From Candidatus Zixiibacteriota bacterium (GTDB lineage: Bacteria; Zixibacteria; MSB-5A5; GN15; FEB-12): 64,000 nucleotides of DNA. Positions 62,338 through 64,000 of this stretch are shown here, piece after piece (position 1 is the stretch's first letter; the number at the start of each line of letters is the position of its first letter). The notes beneath the pieces were generated by a model, which saw nothing but the letters and a program-made list of their open reading frames with translations, did not search any database and was not told the origin of the DNA. The stretch covers positions 1,413,307-1,477,306 of the forward strand of contig CP070674.1 in NCBI GenBank assembly GCA_020351995.1, written 5' to 3'. Position numbers and translations under genes: made by a program.

Positions 62338-63780
62338 TTACTTGATTAACAACATCTTACGGTTTTCGACGTATTGTCCGGCAACCAGCCGGTAGAGATA
62401 CAACCCACCTGCTACCACGTCACCCACGTCATTGCGCCCGTCCCAGGATAGGGCGTGGTCTCCCGCCGAAAACGACCTGTCGGCCAGCACACGGACCTTC
62501 TGCCCCAGTGCATTATATATCACCACCGATACACTCGACCGGTTGGGCAAAGAGAACGCAATAATAGTGTTAAGGTTAAACGGATTCGGGTAATTCTGCC
62601 CGAGGGCGACCGAGGCCGGCAATGCATCGTAGCCTATACCATCATCTATGCCCACCAGAATATCGGTTCCATTTAAAAGGATTGTTACGGTGTTGTCATC
62701 AAAGTTCGTAATTGCCAGATCATTATCCATGTCGCCGTCAAAGTCGGCGCCACAAACCGCAGTGGGGCCAAGACCGACGGGATAGTCCAACGCCGGCTGG
62801 TCAAAATTTCCGCTGCCCAAATTCATCAGAAGCGCGACCTCATCCGAGGTATTTGTAACGGCCGCCAGATCAAGATCGGTGTCGCCGTTGAGCTCAACCG
62901 CACAAATCCCCCGCGTCGCCGCTCCCGCTACCAGGTAGTTGCTGGCGGTGCCGAAAGTGCCATCACCATTATTCTTCAGTACCGAAACGTCGTGGGTGGC
63001 AGAATTCGCCGTCGCGATATCATAGCTCCCATTCCCATCAACATCGGCTGTCGTTATGGCTCGCGGAGTACCATTAACAGCGTAGTCAACCGGGCCGGTA
63101 AAGGTGCCGCCACCGGCATTAGTGAAAATCGAAACACTATTGAAACCCGAGTTCGCCACGGCTAAGTCGACTGAACCGCTCCCGTCAAAGTTGGCGGCAC
63201 AAATCGCAAACGGGGTTGAACCCAGACCGGTACTATAGGTGACATATGATGGAAAGGTCCCATCGTCATTGTTAATCAGAACCGTAATGCTGTCGCCCCA
63301 CTCATCAGCCACCGCCAGGTCAATCAATCCGCTGCCGTTGAGCTCAGCCGCACATATTGCCCGCGGGCCAATCCCGTCCACGCCGACCGCGTAACTAACC
63401 GGTGCCGCAAAAACCCCTAAGCCGTCGTTTTTTAAAATCGTTACATCATCGGACATAAAATTCGTGACTGCCAGGTCAATATCGCCGTCGCCATCAACGT
63501 TGGCGGCACAAATTCCGGAAGGCTCCGTACCGGCATCGTAACTCACAGCTGCCAGAAATGTGCCGTCACCCACCCCCAGTAGCACCGACACATTGTTCGA
63601 ATTTGTGTTCGCCACGGCCAGATCAAATTCGCTGTCGCCGTTAAAGTCAGCAACGCAAATAGCGCGTGGACCCTGGCCTACCGGATAATCCACCCGAGAA
63701 GCGGAAAACGGGGTATCAGCCAATACCGAAACCGAGACAACGCCAATCGTCATCACAATAGTGATTAACAGTAAACGCAT
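62338..63780 (-). CDS. FG-GAP/VCBS-repeat beta-propeller protein with T9SS-type (Por/FlgD-Ig-like) C-terminal sorting domain
   Basis: Seven repeats of the pattern (F/V)DGDG..D(L/I)AV.N...(N/D).V(S/T)(V/I)(L/F).N.G.GTF. The C-terminus QNYPNPFNLNTIIAFSLP...VVIYNALGQKV...SWDGRNDVGDVVAGGLYLYRL...KMLLIK is the classical T9SS CTD. I chose ATG 63780 (MRLLLITIVMTIGVVSVSVLA). Confidence 0.85.
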   Translation of the reverse strand: MRLLLITIVMTIGVVSVSVLADTPFSASRVDYPVGQGPRAICVADFNGDSEFDLAVANTNSNNVSVLLGVGDGTFLAAVSYDAGTEPSGICAANVDGDGDIDLAVTNFMSDDVTILKNDGLGVFAAPVSYAVGVDGIGPRAICAAELNGSGLIDLAVADEWGDSITVLINNDDGTFPSYVTYSTGLGSTPFAICAANFDGSGSVDLAVANSGFNSVSIFTNAGGGTFTGPVDYAVNGTPRAITTADVDGNGSYDIATANSATHDVSVLKNNGDGTFGTASNYLVAGAATRGICAVELNGDTDLDLAAVTNTSDEVALLMNLGSGNFDQPALDYPVGLGPTAVCGADFDGDMDNDLAITNFDDNTVTILLNGTDILVGIDDGIGYDALPASVALGQNYPNPFNLNTIIAFSLPNRSSVSVVIYNALGQKVRVLADRSFSAGDHALSWDGRNDVGDVVAGGLYLYRLVAGQYVENRKMLLIK

Positions 63781-63917
63781 ACAAACCTCCTCGCGGAGAA
63801 AAAGGTTCAGCACAAGTACGACCCTTCCAGTCGCAACGCCTGGCTTTACTTTGAGATAACCGCATACACCGGGAAACTCCGGTGACCAGATCGCTGGCTC
63901 GCCCGATCTTCTGCCTG

Positions 63918-63946
63918 AATATGCTCAGCAACAACAATGATGTCAA
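63918..63946 (-). promoter_or_regulatory. Sigma70-type promoter candidate TTGACA-N17-CATATT for 62338..63780
   Basis: The minus strand reads aacTTGACAtcattgttgttgctgagCATATTcagg. This implies a leader of about 130 nt. Confidence 0.5.
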
Positions 63947-64000
63947 GTTTGTGCGGACTAATCCAACAAGAGCTGCTGGAATCGTCAAATATGGTTATCT

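Overview
This is a 64-kb chromosomal window from an uncultured, moderately GC-rich bacterium. A short 284-aa primary sigma factor, one T9SS-type C-terminal sorting domain and many SBBP, He_PIG and dockerin-like exoproteins suggest an FCB-superphylum candidate lineage; that is inference only. I can support about 50 protein genes, 2 tRNAs (Arg-ACG, Leu-CAG), several near-consensus sigma70-type promoters and several intrinsic terminators. I saw no rRNA, CRISPR array, transposase or integrase.

Housekeeping blocks:
- mltG-ruvX
- cdaA-folP ... ftsH-hpt-tilS, a conserved block split by an insertion
- rpoD and htrA
- aldolase-aminotransferase-folB-folK-dNK-panB
- mscL and dpaL

Accessory content worth a second look:
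1. Six exoproteins carry a dockerin-like double EF-hand module, in two subtypes. Three of them form one family whose N-domain may be cohesin-like. Four of the six genes have an identical TTGACA-N17-TATATT promoter.
2. A 1840-aa protein combines an M6-like metalloprotease, an internal dockerin and 15 tandem Ig-like repeats with a higher-order duplication. It lies convergent to a PilV/PilW/PilX/PilX-like minor-pilin cluster.
3. A 19-bp inverted repeat, GTGTTCA-N5-TGAACAC, occurs upstream of both the pilin cluster and the giant gene.
4. A lower-GC glycan-remodelling cluster lies beside tRNA-Leu: a D-glucuronyl C5-epimerase-like protein, GT-C-like membrane proteins, a methyltransferase and an LtaS/sulfatase-fold transferase.
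5. A same-strand envelope-stress-like cluster runs ECF sigma (no recognizable anti-sigma) - Toastrack - exported bactofilin-like membrane protein - Toastrack - HtrA - catalytically dead HtrA paralog - tail-anchored kinase/pseudokinase - lipoprotein.

All functional calls rest on motif reading by eye; no database search was run.
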